Shown here one piece after another: positions 1 to 10,176 of a stretch of DNA of 64,000 nucleotides (its first letter is position 1; every line of letters begins with the position of its first letter). The DNA comes from Alphaproteobacteria bacterium. Its GTDB lineage: Bacteria; Pseudomonadota; Alphaproteobacteria; SP197. Under the pieces are notes generated by a model. That model was not told the DNA's origin, made no database searches, and saw only the letters and a program-made list of their open reading frames with translations. Made by a program: the position numbers and the translations under genes. The stretch covers positions 419,423 through 483,422 of the forward strand of contig CBDAUG010000001.1 in assembly GCA_965200495.1 (NCBI GenBank), in the 5' to 3' direction.

Positions 1-69
1 GGCGAAGCGGCCTTTCCTCTCGCAGCGGTAATCCCGTTTAAAGGCCGCGGTCCGCCTAATCCTCCGCAT
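1..69 (-). CDS. yafQ: YafQ/RelE-family toxin, N-terminal part (runs off the window edge)
   Basis: Manual translation from the ATG at 69 gives MRRIRRTAAFKRDYRCERKGRFA, a YafQ-type N-terminus. The start overlaps the end of the antitoxin gene. Confidence 0.75.
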   Translation of the reverse strand, partial: MRRIRRTAAFKRDYRCERKGRFA

Positions 70-313
70 GGAGGTCGGCCATCAGGCCGTCGATGCCGCC
101 GACCGTGACCAGCTCGCCCCGCCGCGCGGCCTCCATGGCCGCGACGGTCTCCGCGTTCGGCACCAGGGGCTCGAAGGGCAGGCGCTTCTCGGCCGCGATC
201 CGCACCATCATCAGACGGAAGGCGTCGGAGACGGTCAGTCCGATCGCGTCGAGCACGGCGGCGGCCTCCTCCTTGGTCTTCTCGTCGATGCGGGCACGGA
301 CGACGGTGTTCAT
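56..313 (-). CDS. dinJ: RelB/DinJ-family antitoxin
   Basis: VVRARIDEKTKEEAAAVLDAIGLTVSDAFRLMM...LPFEPLVPNAETVAAM; GAGGAGG RBS upstream. Confidence 0.9.
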   Translation of the reverse strand: MNTVVRARIDEKTKEEAAAVLDAIGLTVSDAFRLMMVRIAAEKRLPFEPLVPNAETVAAMEAARRGELVTVGGIDGLMADLHAED

Positions 314-333
314 GCATTGATCCTCCTCATTGG

Positions 334-346
334 GCTACAATGTAGC
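334..346. promoter_or_regulatory. Palindromic operator upstream of the antitoxin (GCTACA-A-TGTAGC)
   Basis: Perfect 6-bp inverted repeat just upstream of the dinJ RBS, as expected for RHH antitoxin autoregulation. Confidence 0.55.
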
Positions 347-394
347 TTGTCTACGCAGCGGATGTCCACGCCACAACGGGTGGCGCCGCAGCCA

Positions 395-590
395 CTCATG
401 AAGGGCCTATGTCGATGCGCTCGCCCCAGGGCTCGCAGTTCCAGGCGCCGGGCGGTTCTCCGTGATTGATCCAGAGAACGAAGAATGGCGGCTCTGTCTC
501 GGGATAGCGCGAGCACTCCATGTCGGTGAGAGAGAAGCAGACGCCCGGCCGGAAATCCGTCCCACCCCTTCCCTTGATGGCTAACCCAAT
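395..590 (-). pseudogene. C-terminal remnant of a VWA-like (DUF2201-type) protein
   Basis: Manual translation IGLAIKGRGGTDFRPGVCFSLTDMECSRYPETEPPFFVLWINHGEPPGAWNCEPWGERIDIGPS*, with GGTDFRP and LTD motifs; no N-terminus. Confidence 0.55.
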
Positions 591-747
591 ATGTCGACAT
601 GGCAGGGCTTGACCGTTCGGTGCGGCGCTTCTCGACTGGGAAGGAATACATCCCGGGACCGCGAGTGCACCTCCCCTGAGTCGCGAGACGCTCCATGGTG
701 AGTTGCAGCTGTGAAGGGATGCATCCCCGGAACCGTGAGTGCGCCTG

Positions 748-1815
748 CTAGCGGTCGCGATGGGTATAAGCCCGGGTCAGCCGGTCTTTCAGGTCAGCGA
801 CAAAGCCCGGTGTCAGGACGGCATCGTGGGCGATGGAATGCCAGAGTCCCACCTCGTTGACGTAAGCACGCATCGTCATCAGCCCCTCCTCGAGCTGCTC
901 CCAGGTCAGGCCCATCGCCTCGGGACGGATATCGAGGCCGATGCCCGAGACGGCATCGAGCATCTCGTCTGCCCCGTCGCCATGCAGCATCGAGCCGACG
1001 ATAACGCCGAGGCAAACAGGCTGGCCATGGAGGAACTTCTTTCCTGTCATCTTCTCCAGTGTGTAGAAGAGGAAGTGGTCGGTCCCCTCGATGTGGCGGG
1101 GACACCATCCCGACCCGTGATAGCTCGTCCCCCATTTCAGGCCGTCCACCAGTGCGTCGATACCGCGATCGTTCATGGCGCGGATGTTGTCGACGTTCTC
1201 GAGAACCGTCTTCACCTTGGCCAGCGACTGCCTCGCCAGGTTCTCGTCGAACCGCCATTTTTCCTCGATCCTGCCTTCCCTCTCGGCATAGCGCCAGTCC
1301 AGAACCCCGGTGTGAAAGCACAGGATGTCGCCAATTCCCGACCAGTTCAGCGCCGCAGGACAGGCGGCGAGAACGTCGTAGTCGATGTAGATGGCCTGCG
1401 GCACGGCCCAGCCGCGATAAACGACCCGCCCGTCGAGCCGGACGCCCGAGCGCTGGCCGTAGACGGCATTGACCGACAGCGCCGTCGGCGCCTGAAAGAG
1501 CGGCAGGTTGCGGCGCCACGAGAAGTACTTCGCGACATCCAGCGCCTGGCCTCCGCCAAGCCCGACGATGGCGCGCACGTCACCGAGACCAGCAGCCTGG
1601 CGGTCGAGGTCGGCCTGTTCGATCGAGCCGCAGAAACAGGGTCTGCAGTCGGCGCCGGCAAAGTGACGCGAGAACAGCGGCCAGAGGTCTTCCATCGTGA
1701 CCACGAGAAAGGGTGGATTGACGACATGGCGGAACTCGTCCAGCAGACCGCGACCGAACACGGTTGGAAAGCCGTACGCAAGATCTCTTGCGTGATGGTG
1801 AGGCAAACCGGTCAT
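748..1815 (-). CDS. Iron-containing alcohol / glycerol-1-phosphate dehydrogenase family protein
   Basis: GLGGGQALDVAKY, PTALSVNA, GIGD, EGTDH...HGQPV. Start taken at MTGLPHHH. Confidence 0.85.
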   Translation of the reverse strand: MTGLPHHHARDLAYGFPTVFGRGLLDEFRHVVNPPFLVVTMEDLWPLFSRHFAGADCRPCFCGSIEQADLDRQAAGLGDVRAIVGLGGGQALDVAKYFSWRRNLPLFQAPTALSVNAVYGQRSGVRLDGRVVYRGWAVPQAIYIDYDVLAACPAALNWSGIGDILCFHTGVLDWRYAEREGRIEEKWRFDENLARQSLAKVKTVLENVDNIRAMNDRGIDALVDGLKWGTSYHGSGWCPRHIEGTDHFLFYTLEKMTGKKFLHGQPVCLGVIVGSMLHGDGADEMLDAVSGIGLDIRPEAMGLTWEQLEEGLMTMRAYVNEVGLWHSIAHDAVLTPGFVADLKDRLTRAYTHRDR

Positions 1816-1849
1816 CTCTTGCTCCGCAGGTCGCAATCGCCGGTCGCCT

Positions 1850-3061
1850 TCAGGGGCCGCCATCGCGGTTCCCCGACCAGCCCAGGATCGCAGCCGCGCG
1901 GGCGCGCTTGACATCGCTCCAGCCCTGGCGGCAGCCATCGCCCCCGGCCCGGAAGCGGTCGGCTTCCTCCCGGATCGCCGCGGCCACCAGAGCGGCTTCC
2001 GCGTCGGTCAGATTGCAGGGGTCGAGATAGAGTTCCTGTCGTTCCACGAGATCGTCGCGGACCACGATGCCGGGCTTCCTCGCGGCGAGCCGGGCGGCCA
2101 GTTCCCAGGCATGGAAACCCGCCCTGCCAGGCGCAATGGTCATGCGGACTCGCGAGATCGGGTTGCCGGTCCAGTCGGCATGAGTGGCGATGGCGATACC
2201 GGGCATGTCCGAGAGTTCACGCATCCAGAAGCCGACGCGCGCCTCCTCGGCCTCGCGGGCAGCTTCCTGATCGCGTTTCTCCCATAGTTCGAGCGCCGCC
2301 ATGGCGCCGACGACGCTCTCCTTGCCTGCCTTCATCGTTCGCCCAATTCCGCGGTGCTGAAGATAGGTGGCGCGTATGAGACCGGAGTTGCCGGCCACGA
2401 TGGCGCTGGTGACCCCCGACAGGAACTTGTGACCGGAATGAATCACGGCGGATGCGCCAAGTTCGATGGGTCCGGTCATGTCGTACTCCGAGGCCATGTC
2501 GACGATCGCCGGCACGCCGTGTTCGCGACACAGGTCGATGAAGACATCCATGGGAAGCTCGTTCTCGCGCACGGTGTGGTGCGAGACGACATACATGGCC
2601 GCTGCCGCACCGCCAGCCAGCGCGTCGGCGAGGTGCCAGGTTTCGCAGACCGCAGCGGTCCCGACGGGGACAACCTCGGCTCCGGCAAGGCGGATCGCCT
2701 GATCGACCGGCGCGCCATAGTTCACCATGTGCCCCATGGGCAGCACGACACGCCGCTCGCCAGCCACGCACGGCAGAGCCTCGATCCTTGCAAGGTCCGC
2801 GCCCGTGAGGCTCGCGGCGACCGTCTGTGTCATGGCTGCCGCGGAACATGAGGCCACACACCCCGCTTGGGCCCCGGTCACGCGCGCGATGACGGCCCCT
2901 GCGCGCGACTGCAGCTCATCCATGTCGACAAAGGAGGCGAGGATGCGGTCGACGCATGCCCGCACCTCTCCGGGAACCCGTGAGGCGCCAATGCGCGTCA
3001 TCGTCCCGGACGCGTTGATGACCGGGGTGAGACCCCACCTCGCGAAGGGATCGTCAGTCAT
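1850..3061 (-). CDS. SelA-like PLP-dependent enzyme (DgaE / D-glucosaminate-6-P ammonia-lyase-like)
   Basis: PVINASGTMTRIG, VDMASE, SGHKFLSG (PLP Lys), GIGRTMKAGKE. Confidence 0.85.
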   Translation of the reverse strand: MTDDPFARWGLTPVINASGTMTRIGASRVPGEVRACVDRILASFVDMDELQSRAGAVIARVTGAQAGCVASCSAAAMTQTVAASLTGADLARIEALPCVAGERRVVLPMGHMVNYGAPVDQAIRLAGAEVVPVGTAAVCETWHLADALAGGAAAAMYVVSHHTVRENELPMDVFIDLCREHGVPAIVDMASEYDMTGPIELGASAVIHSGHKFLSGVTSAIVAGNSGLIRATYLQHRGIGRTMKAGKESVVGAMAALELWEKRDQEAAREAEEARVGFWMRELSDMPGIAIATHADWTGNPISRVRMTIAPGRAGFHAWELAARLAARKPGIVVRDDLVERQELYLDPCNLTDAEAALVAAAIREEADRFRAGGDGCRQGWSDVKRARAAAILGWSGNRDGGP

Positions 3062-4101
3062 GGCAGGCGTTCTCCGGTCGTGCTGTCGAAGGCGTGCAGC
3101 TGTTCCGGCCGGAGCGACAGCGACAGCGTATCGCCGGCGCGCACCGTGCCGCGTATGTCGCCGCCGGTTCGAAGGGTGAGACGGGCGCCACGGACATTGA
3201 CGAGATGGATCAGCGCTTCGTGGCCGAGGTCCTCGATCCTGTTGACGTGCGCGTCACCGACCGGGACCGCGCCTTCGGTCGATCCGGTCAGGAGGTGTTC
3301 GGGCCGGATTCCGAGCGTCGCTCCACGACCGCAGTCGACCACCGCCGCAGCATCCCCCAGGAGAGCTTCCGCTTCCAGGAGGTTCAGGCGCGGACTGCCG
3401 ATGAAACCTGCCACGAAGGTGTTGGCCGGCTTCTCGTAGAGTTCGGTGGGACCGCCGACCTGCATGATCCGGCCCCGGTTCATCACCGCGATCCGGTCGC
3501 CCATCGTCATGGCTTCGACCTGGTCATGGGTCACGTAGACCGTCGTTGTCGTCGACTGGCGCTGCATCTCGGCGATTTCGCCACGCATCTGAACCCTGAG
3601 TTCCGCATCGAGATTGGACAGCGGCTCGTCGAAAAGGAATGCGTCCGGCCTGCGGATCATGGCGCGCCCCAGGGCAACGCGCTGCGCCTGTCCGCCTGAC
3701 AGCTGGCGCGGCTTGCGGGCAAGCAGCTCGCCGAGACCCAGCATGTCGGCGACCCGCGCAACCTCGCTCCTGACGGTCGCAGGATCGGTCTTTCTGATTC
3801 TCAGTCCGAAGGAAAGATTGTCGCGCACCGACATGTTCGGAAACAGCGCGTAGGACTGGAACACCATCGAGATGTTGCGCTGGGCGGGAGAGAGATGGTT
3901 GGCGCGTTCACCGCCAATCATCAGGTCGCCCGACGAGATGGCCTCGAGACCCGCGATCATCCGGAGCGTGGTCGACTTGGCACAGCCCGAGGGTCCGACC
4001 AGCACCATGAACTCCCCCTGGCGGACGTGGAGGTCGAGGCCGGAGATGACCTCGACATCGCCATAGTTCTTGGCGACGTCCAGAAACCGGATATCTCTCA
4101 T
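3058..4101 (-). CDS. Sugar ABC transporter ATP-binding protein (MalK/UgpC type)
   Basis: GPSGCAKST, LSGGQAQR, DEPLSNLD, VTHDQVEAM. Confidence 0.95.
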   Translation of the reverse strand: MRDIRFLDVAKNYGDVEVISGLDLHVRQGEFMVLVGPSGCAKSTTLRMIAGLEAISSGDLMIGGERANHLSPAQRNISMVFQSYALFPNMSVRDNLSFGLRIRKTDPATVRSEVARVADMLGLGELLARKPRQLSGGQAQRVALGRAMIRRPDAFLFDEPLSNLDAELRVQMRGEIAEMQRQSTTTTVYVTHDQVEAMTMGDRIAVMNRGRIMQVGGPTELYEKPANTFVAGFIGSPRLNLLEAEALLGDAAAVVDCGRGATLGIRPEHLLTGSTEGAVPVGDAHVNRIEDLGHEALIHLVNVRGARLTLRTGGDIRGTVRAGDTLSLSLRPEQLHAFDSTTGERLP

Positions 4102-4601
4102 CGCATCGTGTTCCAGTCCGGAGAAATCGAGACGATCGCATCAATCTCGACAGTGATGTTGCCGGGCAGGGACCCCACGCCAACGGCGGTCCGCGCATGC
4201 CGGCCGCGTTCGCCGAAGACATCGCAAAACAGATTCGAGCAACCATCGATGACCGCCGGATGATCAACGAAACCGGGCCCGGCATTGACCATGCCGAAAA
4301 CCCGCCGGATCCGCACGACATGGTCCAGCGAGCCAAGGATGTCCCTGATCACCGCAAGCAGCACGAGTCCGGTTCTTTGCGCGTGATGGACCGCGTCATG
4401 GAGCGGAACGTCAAGCCCGACCTTGCCGGTCGCCATGCTGCCGCACTCCAGCACCGGTCCCTGCCCTGACAGGTAAAGCGTTGTGCCGTCGATGGAGCCC
4501 AGATCGAAGTTGCCGACCGGTGCAGGCGCCGGGGGGATGACATGGCCCAGTGCGGCGAGCCGCCGGTCCGCCACACTCTCCCCGCGTCGTCGTGTGTTCA
4601 T
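4098..4601 (-). CDS. RidA/YjgF family protein
   Basis: LYLSGQGP, VIDGCSNL, GRHARTAVGVGSLPGNITVEID. Confidence 0.9.
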   Translation of the reverse strand: MNTRRRGESVADRRLAALGHVIPPAPAPVGNFDLGSIDGTTLYLSGQGPVLECGSMATGKVGLDVPLHDAVHHAQRTGLVLLAVIRDILGSLDHVVRIRRVFGMVNAGPGFVDHPAVIDGCSNLFCDVFGERGRHARTAVGVGSLPGNITVEIDAIVSISPDWNTMR

Positions 4602-5641
4602 GCAGCGAAGGCTCCCTCGATCCTGTCGCGGGCGGCGATGAGGAATTCTTCCGTCACCTCGAAGTCGTTGGCGATACCCCAGGCGAGGCCTTCACGCTCG
4701 ACGAACGTTCTCAGTCCGCGCATGGCTTCGAAGACGTCGCACCACGTCACGGCCATGGCGGCGGGACGAATGTCGAGACCGAGACGACACACCGCGCCAA
4801 GCAATTCATCAACACGCTGACCGTGCATCATGGCGCCGAGCACGAGGCCCAGACTCACTGCCTGGCCATGGAGAAACGCTTTCCCCGTTCCTGCTTCAAG
4901 GGCATAGAAGATATAGTGCTCGACGCCTTCGATGTGGCGCGGATTCCAGCCTGCGCCATGGTAGGAGGCGCCGCCCCATCTCAGGCCGTCGACCAGAAGC
5001 CGGATGCCGCGCGGCGTCAGTTCCCTGATTTCGTCAAGTTCGGCCAACGCCGCCTCGGCCTTCCCGAGCGAGATGGCGGCAAGGCTGTCGTCATAGGGCC
5101 AGCGTGCTTCACACCTGCCCCGGGCCTCGGCGTGACGCCAGTCCATGACGCCGGTGACAAAGCACAGGACATCGCCCATGCCGCCGATGTTGAGTTCACG
5201 GGGAGCGGAGGCGATGATGTCGAGATCGATGTAAACGGCCTGCGGCACCGCCCACCCGACATATCTGACGACACTGTTCTTGCGCACCCCCGCACGGTGC
5301 CCGAAGACGGCATCGACGGATAGCGATGTCGGAAACTGAAAGAGCGGCAGGTTGCGACGCCAGGCGACATACTTGGCGGCATCGATCGCCTGACCACCGC
5401 CCAGACCGACGACCGAGGCGACGTTGCCCAGTGTTTCAAGCTCGGCTTCCAGCGCCGTACGCTCCATGGACCGCACCATCCACGGTACGGCGTCCTTCGG
5501 CAGCACGTCGCGAAAGAGGGGCCACAGATCCTCCATCGTCACCACCAGCATCGGCGGACACACGAAGTTTGCCGCCTCGCCGAGCAGGTTGCGTCCGAAG
5601 ACTGTGGTGAACTGCGGAATATCGGATTCTCTGTACGGCAT
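4598..5641 (-). CDS. Second iron-containing alcohol / G1P dehydrogenase family protein
   Basis: GLGGGQAIDAAKY, PTSLSVDA, HIEGVEH, HGQAV; collinear with 748..1815. Confidence 0.85.
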   Translation of the reverse strand: MPYRESDIPQFTTVFGRNLLGEAANFVCPPMLVVTMEDLWPLFRDVLPKDAVPWMVRSMERTALEAELETLGNVASVVGLGGGQAIDAAKYVAWRRNLPLFQFPTSLSVDAVFGHRAGVRKNSVVRYVGWAVPQAVYIDLDIIASAPRELNIGGMGDVLCFVTGVMDWRHAEARGRCEARWPYDDSLAAISLGKAEAALAELDEIRELTPRGIRLLVDGLRWGGASYHGAGWNPRHIEGVEHYIFYALEAGTGKAFLHGQAVSLGLVLGAMMHGQRVDELLGAVCRLGLDIRPAAMAVTWCDVFEAMRGLRTFVEREGLAWGIANDFEVTEEFLIAARDRIEGAFAA

Positions 5642-5644
5642 GAT

Positions 5645-6502
5645 TCAACCCTTGACTGCGCCAAGGGTGAGCCCCTTGACGATGTGTTTCTGAGCGGCGA
5701 CAGCGAACAGCAACATCGGCACGATGGCAACGATCGACGCGGCGGTCATCGCACCCCAGTCGAGCGCTGCATAGCCACGGAAACTCGTCACCCCGAGCGT
5801 CACTGTCTCCGCTCTCGAGAATGTCAGACCCAGTGCGATGGCGAGCTCATTCCAGATCCAGATGGCGTTGAGGACCGCCGTGGCGGCCATGCCCGGCAGG
5901 GTGCAGGGGACATAGATCTTCGTCAGGATCTGCCAGTTGGACGCACCTTCAATGCGCGCAGCCTCGTCGATAGCCGGATTGATCTCGCGGAAGAACGAAC
6001 CCAGGAGCCAGATTGACAGCGGCAGGACATGCACCTGGTACATGAGAGCAAGCCCGACATGGGTGTCATAGAGCCCGGTCCACTGGTAGAGCGAGAACAT
6101 CGGAATGACGAAGAGAAACTCAGGCAGCATGTAGGCAAGAATCAGCCAGACACCGACGATGTTCCTGCCCCTGATCTTCATCCGGACGATGGCATAGGCG
6201 GTCGGAATGGCGATGGCGAGCGACAGGCCCACGCCGATGACCGTGATGATGACGGAATTCAGGAATGTGTGCCTGAAGGTGTCGTGTTCCCAGAGCTTGA
6301 GGTAGTTGGCGACTGTCGGATCGAAGATCCACAGTGGAGGGCTCGCGAGGCCATCGCGCCTGGTCTTGAGCGAGACCGTCAGCACCCAGTAGACCGGGAA
6401 CAGACTGAAAAGGACCATGGCGCCGGTGAAGACCGAGGCCCACGCCTTCGAGAGGCCGGCTCGCGGCCTGCCACGAAACGGCGGGATGACGCGCGTTGTC
6501 AT
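5645..6502 (-). CDS. Carbohydrate ABC permease (MalG type)
   Basis: IDEAARIEGAS loop, WNEL. Start at MTTRVIPP with an ATGA overlap. Confidence 0.9.
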   Translation of the reverse strand: MTTRVIPPFRGRPRAGLSKAWASVFTGAMVLFSLFPVYWVLTVSLKTRRDGLASPPLWIFDPTVANYLKLWEHDTFRHTFLNSVIITVIGVGLSLAIAIPTAYAIVRMKIRGRNIVGVWLILAYMLPEFLFVIPMFSLYQWTGLYDTHVGLALMYQVHVLPLSIWLLGSFFREINPAIDEAARIEGASNWQILTKIYVPCTLPGMAATAVLNAIWIWNELAIALGLTFSRAETVTLGVTSFRGYAALDWGAMTAASIVAIVPMLLFAVAAQKHIVKGLTLGAVKG

Positions 6503-7380
6503 GCGCCGCCTTCGCCGCGCCGCTGCAGCGCCTGCAAGGCGAGGGAAATGACGAGAATCAGCAGCGAGAACAGGATCATGGTCGCCATCGCCTTGCCGAT
6601 CTGCTGATAGCTGTATGCGGTGCGGTAGACAAAGGTCTGCACGACCTCCGTTGCCAGGCCCGGGCCGCCGCCGGTCGTGCCGAAGACGATGTCGAAGACC
6701 TTCAGGGTGTCGATGGCGCGGATGATGATGACGGTGATCAGCAGCGAGCGCAGCATCGGCAGCCTGATGGACCAGAAGATCGTGAACTCGCTCGCGCCTT
6801 CGACACGTGCAGCCTCGACCGGCTCCGTCGGCAGGCTTCGCAAGCCGGCAAGCATGATGATGAAGACGAACGCGGTCTGCCACCACACATCGACCGCGAC
6901 GATGGACGCCATGGCCGTCTCGGTGGCGCCGTAGAAGGCCGATGGACCCAGGCCGAATGCGCCGATGAGGTGGTTGATGATGCCGAGGAAGGGATCGAAC
7001 ATGACCTTCGACATCAGCGCGACGACGATGCCGGAAACCATGAGCGGCAACATGATGACCGCGCGAATGAGATCTGTGCGGATGTCCAGTTTGTCGACCT
7101 GCACCGCGAGGTAGAACCCCAGTGCGGTCTCCAGTGCCGTTGCCGAGACAGCGAACACCACCGTGTTCCTCATGACGCTCCAGAACTCGGCGTCGGCAAG
7201 AAGGCTGGCGTAGTTGGCCCAGCCCACCAGCTCGAACTGGTTGCCCCAGTTCCAGTTGGTGAACGACACCGCGATGCCGAACCCGACGGGGTAGACGGAG
7301 GTGAACGCGAGAACCAGGAGGCAGGGCAGGACGAACCAGAAGGCCGAAGCGCCGCCAAGGAACCTGAGCGCAGACGTCAT
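6499..7380 (-). CDS. Carbohydrate ABC permease (MalF type)
   Basis: DVWWQTAF, EAARVEGAS, GGGPG. Confidence 0.9.
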   Translation of the reverse strand: MTSALRFLGGASAFWFVLPCLLVLAFTSVYPVGFGIAVSFTNWNWGNQFELVGWANYASLLADAEFWSVMRNTVVFAVSATALETALGFYLAVQVDKLDIRTDLIRAVIMLPLMVSGIVVALMSKVMFDPFLGIINHLIGAFGLGPSAFYGATETAMASIVAVDVWWQTAFVFIIMLAGLRSLPTEPVEAARVEGASEFTIFWSIRLPMLRSLLITVIIIRAIDTLKVFDIVFGTTGGGPGLATEVVQTFVYRTAYSYQQIGKAMATMILFSLLILVISLALQALQRRGEGGA

Positions 7381-7448
7381 GGCGCTCTCCGAACCGGCAA
7401 GCAGGATGCCCCGGATGGCAGCGAAACGCCATCCGGGGCGAGGCACAT

Positions 7449-8819
7449 TCAGTTGGCGAGCATGGTCTCGAAGTCGGCCTGAGCCGCTGCCCCGGCCTCG
7501 GCCGGGTCCGCACCGCCGTAGATGTCCTGAATCACATCAACAATGCGCAGGGCGAACTCGCTCCAGCCGGCCCGCTGGACGACCGACGTCTGCGAGTTCG
7601 GCATGGCCGCCGCCACGGCTTCGACGTAGGACTGCGGGAAACTGGCGGCGTACCCGGAATCCTGCCATGTCGAGAGGCGTGGAGCGCCGCCGTGCAGTGT
7701 GCCGATGACGGTCGCGTTGTCGGTGTTCGACATGTACTGGATGAAGAGCCAGCCAGCTTCAGGCGACGCGGCGTTCCGGGGAATTCCGAAACCCCATTGC
7801 CAGTGGGCCGTGTAGGGCTCCCCTGCGGCGTTGTCGACCGGAATGACCGCGTAACCGATTTTTCCGGCGACAAGGCTGTCGTCCGGGTTCTCGAAGCCGG
7901 GCGCGAAGAGGCTTGCATCGATGAAGAACGCCGCACCGCCCGCCATGAAGAACTGCGAAGCATCGGGCCAGTCCATGGCCTGGATGTTGACGGGACCGGC
8001 TTTCATCAACTCCGCATAGTTCGCGAGGCCGCGCACGATGTCGGGATCGTTCATCTTCGGCTTCGACCAGTCACCGTCGAACCAGACGTTCTGGGGAGCA
8101 GAGCGGTCTGCCGCGCCAACCGAATTGTTCACGAAACCGGTGACCGTGTCGATCAGCGTGTCCGACCGGATGCCGCGCAGCACGGCGCCGGCGACGGCGC
8201 CGTCGCTTTCCTCTTTCACCTCGCGCGCCGCAGCGATCAGTTCTGCCATTGTCGTCGGCATCTGGCCGTCGAGATACTGATTCACGTGATCCATGTTGGC
8301 GAACAGAATGTAGGTCTCGAACGATGCCGGGATACCGTGGTACTCCCAACGGCCGTCGACGTCATACCTCGTTGCATCGAGGAAGCCTGCCGGAATGTCA
8401 TCGAGATTGTAGTCCGCCGCCGTGAGATCGGGGCTGTCGATAAAGTCCTGCAGGGAATGGACGAGGCCATTGGTGTGCTGGGTGTAGGCCGTGGAGTCCA
8501 TGGGCAGGAAGTAGACGTCCATCTGCGAGTTGCCGCCCGATCCGCGCAGCGCCACTTCCATACGGTCGAAGTAGAGATCTTCGGCCATGGTCTGCAGGGT
8601 GACGTCGATCCCGGTGTCGGCCTCGAACTGATCGAGCACGACACGCACACCGTCCGTGACGGGATGCTCCGGCATCATGACCGTGATCGACTCTCCCGAA
8701 CGCTGGTCCCACGAAAAGTCGGCCGCAGCAATCGTGGCACTGACCGCAAGGGCAACCGTCGATGCGGTGGCCAGCTTGGCCGCCCTGACAAGGGCTCCTC
8801 GCCTGGATGTGTTCATCAT
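7449..8819 (-). CDS. Sugar ABC substrate-binding protein
   Basis: GGAGG RBS, N-terminal signal (SRRGAL...AAA), SBP family 1 features. Confidence 0.9.
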   Translation of the reverse strand: MMNTSRRGALVRAAKLATASTVALAVSATIAAADFSWDQRSGESITVMMPEHPVTDGVRVVLDQFEADTGIDVTLQTMAEDLYFDRMEVALRGSGGNSQMDVYFLPMDSTAYTQHTNGLVHSLQDFIDSPDLTAADYNLDDIPAGFLDATRYDVDGRWEYHGIPASFETYILFANMDHVNQYLDGQMPTTMAELIAAAREVKEESDGAVAGAVLRGIRSDTLIDTVTGFVNNSVGAADRSAPQNVWFDGDWSKPKMNDPDIVRGLANYAELMKAGPVNIQAMDWPDASQFFMAGGAAFFIDASLFAPGFENPDDSLVAGKIGYAVIPVDNAAGEPYTAHWQWGFGIPRNAASPEAGWLFIQYMSNTDNATVIGTLHGGAPRLSTWQDSGYAASFPQSYVEAVAAAMPNSQTSVVQRAGWSEFALRIVDVIQDIYGGADPAEAGAAAQADFETMLAN

Positions 8820-8843
8820 TTCCTCCGTGAGTTCTGAAAGCCT

Positions 8844-8902
8844 GTTGACCAGGCATTGGTCAGCCGGATTTTCCATGACGTGGAAATCGGTTGACCAATT
8901 GG
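8844..8902. promoter_or_regulatory. Possible FadR/GntR operator boxes (TGACCA...TGGTCA; GGTTGACCAATTGG)
   Basis: TGGT/ACCA-type dyads between the divergent SBP and GntR genes. Confidence 0.35.
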
Positions 8903-9011
8903 CGCAGATGCACAACCATTTGTCAATTCCCGCGTTCGTCACCATGTGACCAGGACCCTGCTCTCTCCGGAAAGCGTGACCGGACGGCACATTTGAAATC
9001 GAGGACCAGCC

Positions 9012-9704
9012 GTGTCGATTGCCTTTGATGTGACCGACCGCGTGTACCGCGAGATTCGTGATCTCCTGCGTTCGGGCGACATCCTGCCTGGCCAGCGACT
9101 GCCCAACGAGCGCAAGCTCGCCGCGATGCGCGGAGCCTCTCGCACCCAGGTGCGCGATGCTCTTCTCATGCTCCAGAAGGAAGGGTTGGTCGAACGCAAG
9201 ATCGGCAGCGGCACGTACCTGTCGGAGCGAGCGCCCCGGATCATCGAGATGGCGGACGCGGCGGTCCACATGTCGCCCGAGCGCTCGCACGGCTTCCATG
9301 ACACCCTGGAGGCGCGGTTGCTCTTCGAGCCGTCGGTTGCCGCACGTGCCGCCGACTCACCGACGCCGCAGTTCTGCAAGGATCTCGAGACGGCGCTGGA
9401 ACGCATCCTGGCGGCCCCTGCCTGGCTCCGGTTCAAGGAAGACATCTACGGGTTCTCACGCCTCTACTACGTTGAGGCGGGCAACGACTTCCTGTGCTGG
9501 ACCTTTGACCAGATCGTGGCCGCCCGTCGTGCCAACAAGTTTGACGGCGGGAGCGACCAGGCGCCGGTCGCCAACGTTGTCCGCAAGCATTTCCATGACC
9601 GCCTGTCGAAGATCGCGGATGCCATCACGTCCGGCGATCCCCAGCGGGCCAGAGCCGAAGTGGAGAACTACCTGGTCGCGATGGCTGCATCACTGGCTCT
9701 GTGA
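9012..9704 (+). CDS. GntR/FadR-family regulator
   Basis: LPNERKLA...SRTQVRDALLML...GSGTY; FCD-like EARLLFE. Confidence 0.9.
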   Translation: MSIAFDVTDRVYREIRDLLRSGDILPGQRLPNERKLAAMRGASRTQVRDALLMLQKEGLVERKIGSGTYLSERAPRIIEMADAAVHMSPERSHGFHDTLEARLLFEPSVAARAADSPTPQFCKDLETALERILAAPAWLRFKEDIYGFSRLYYVEAGNDFLCWTFDQIVAARRANKFDGGSDQAPVANVVRKHFHDRLSKIADAITSGDPQRARAEVENYLVAMAASLAL

Positions 9705-9798
9705 GAACGCTGTGACGCAGAGGGCCAGGAATGGCCTGACCCCGTGGTCGGCTCTGCGAAAACGCTGCGACAAGGAGCCGCCGTCCGAGGAGCCGCCG

Positions 9799-10176
9799 TC
9801 ACGGATCCCGCGACAGACCCTCCCCCTCCAGGCGATCGAGATAGGTCTGCCAGACACTCTCCTGGTTGCGACCGAGTTCGTGGAGATAGTTCCACGAGTA
9901 GATGCCGGTATCGTGCATGTCGTCGAACGTGATGCGGATCGCGTAGTTGCCAACGGGCTCCACCGCCATGATGCCGACATGGCGGCGTCCGGGAACGGTC
10001 TTCTTCTGGCCTGCGCCGTGACCCTGGACCTCGGCCGAGGGGCTTTCGACACGCAGCAGTTCGGCCGGCAACGAGAAAGACGCCCCGTCATCGAAATCGA
10101 TCTCCAGAGCCTTCTGCCGGGTCTTGAGGCGGATTTCGACAGGCCGATGGCGGGTGGGATGGGCCTCGCTCTTCAC
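9799..10176 (-). CDS. DUF971 family protein
   Basis: [36 protein letters not shown]. Confidence 0.9.
   Translation of the reverse strand: MKSEAHPTRHRPVEIRLKTRQKALEIDFDDGASFSLPAELLRVESPSAEVQGHGAGQKKTVPGRRHVGIMAVEPVGNYAIRITFDDMHDTGIYSWNYLHELGRNQESVWQTYLDRLEGEGLSRDP

Noticed and set aside
5645-9299. Long N-terminal extensions on the ORF-track calls 5645..7513 and 7449..9299
   Set aside because: They overlap real neighbouring genes; RBS and ATGA overlaps support shorter starts.
9775-9800. Tandem GGAGCCGCCGTC x2
   Set aside because: Only two copies between convergent genes; no function can be supported.
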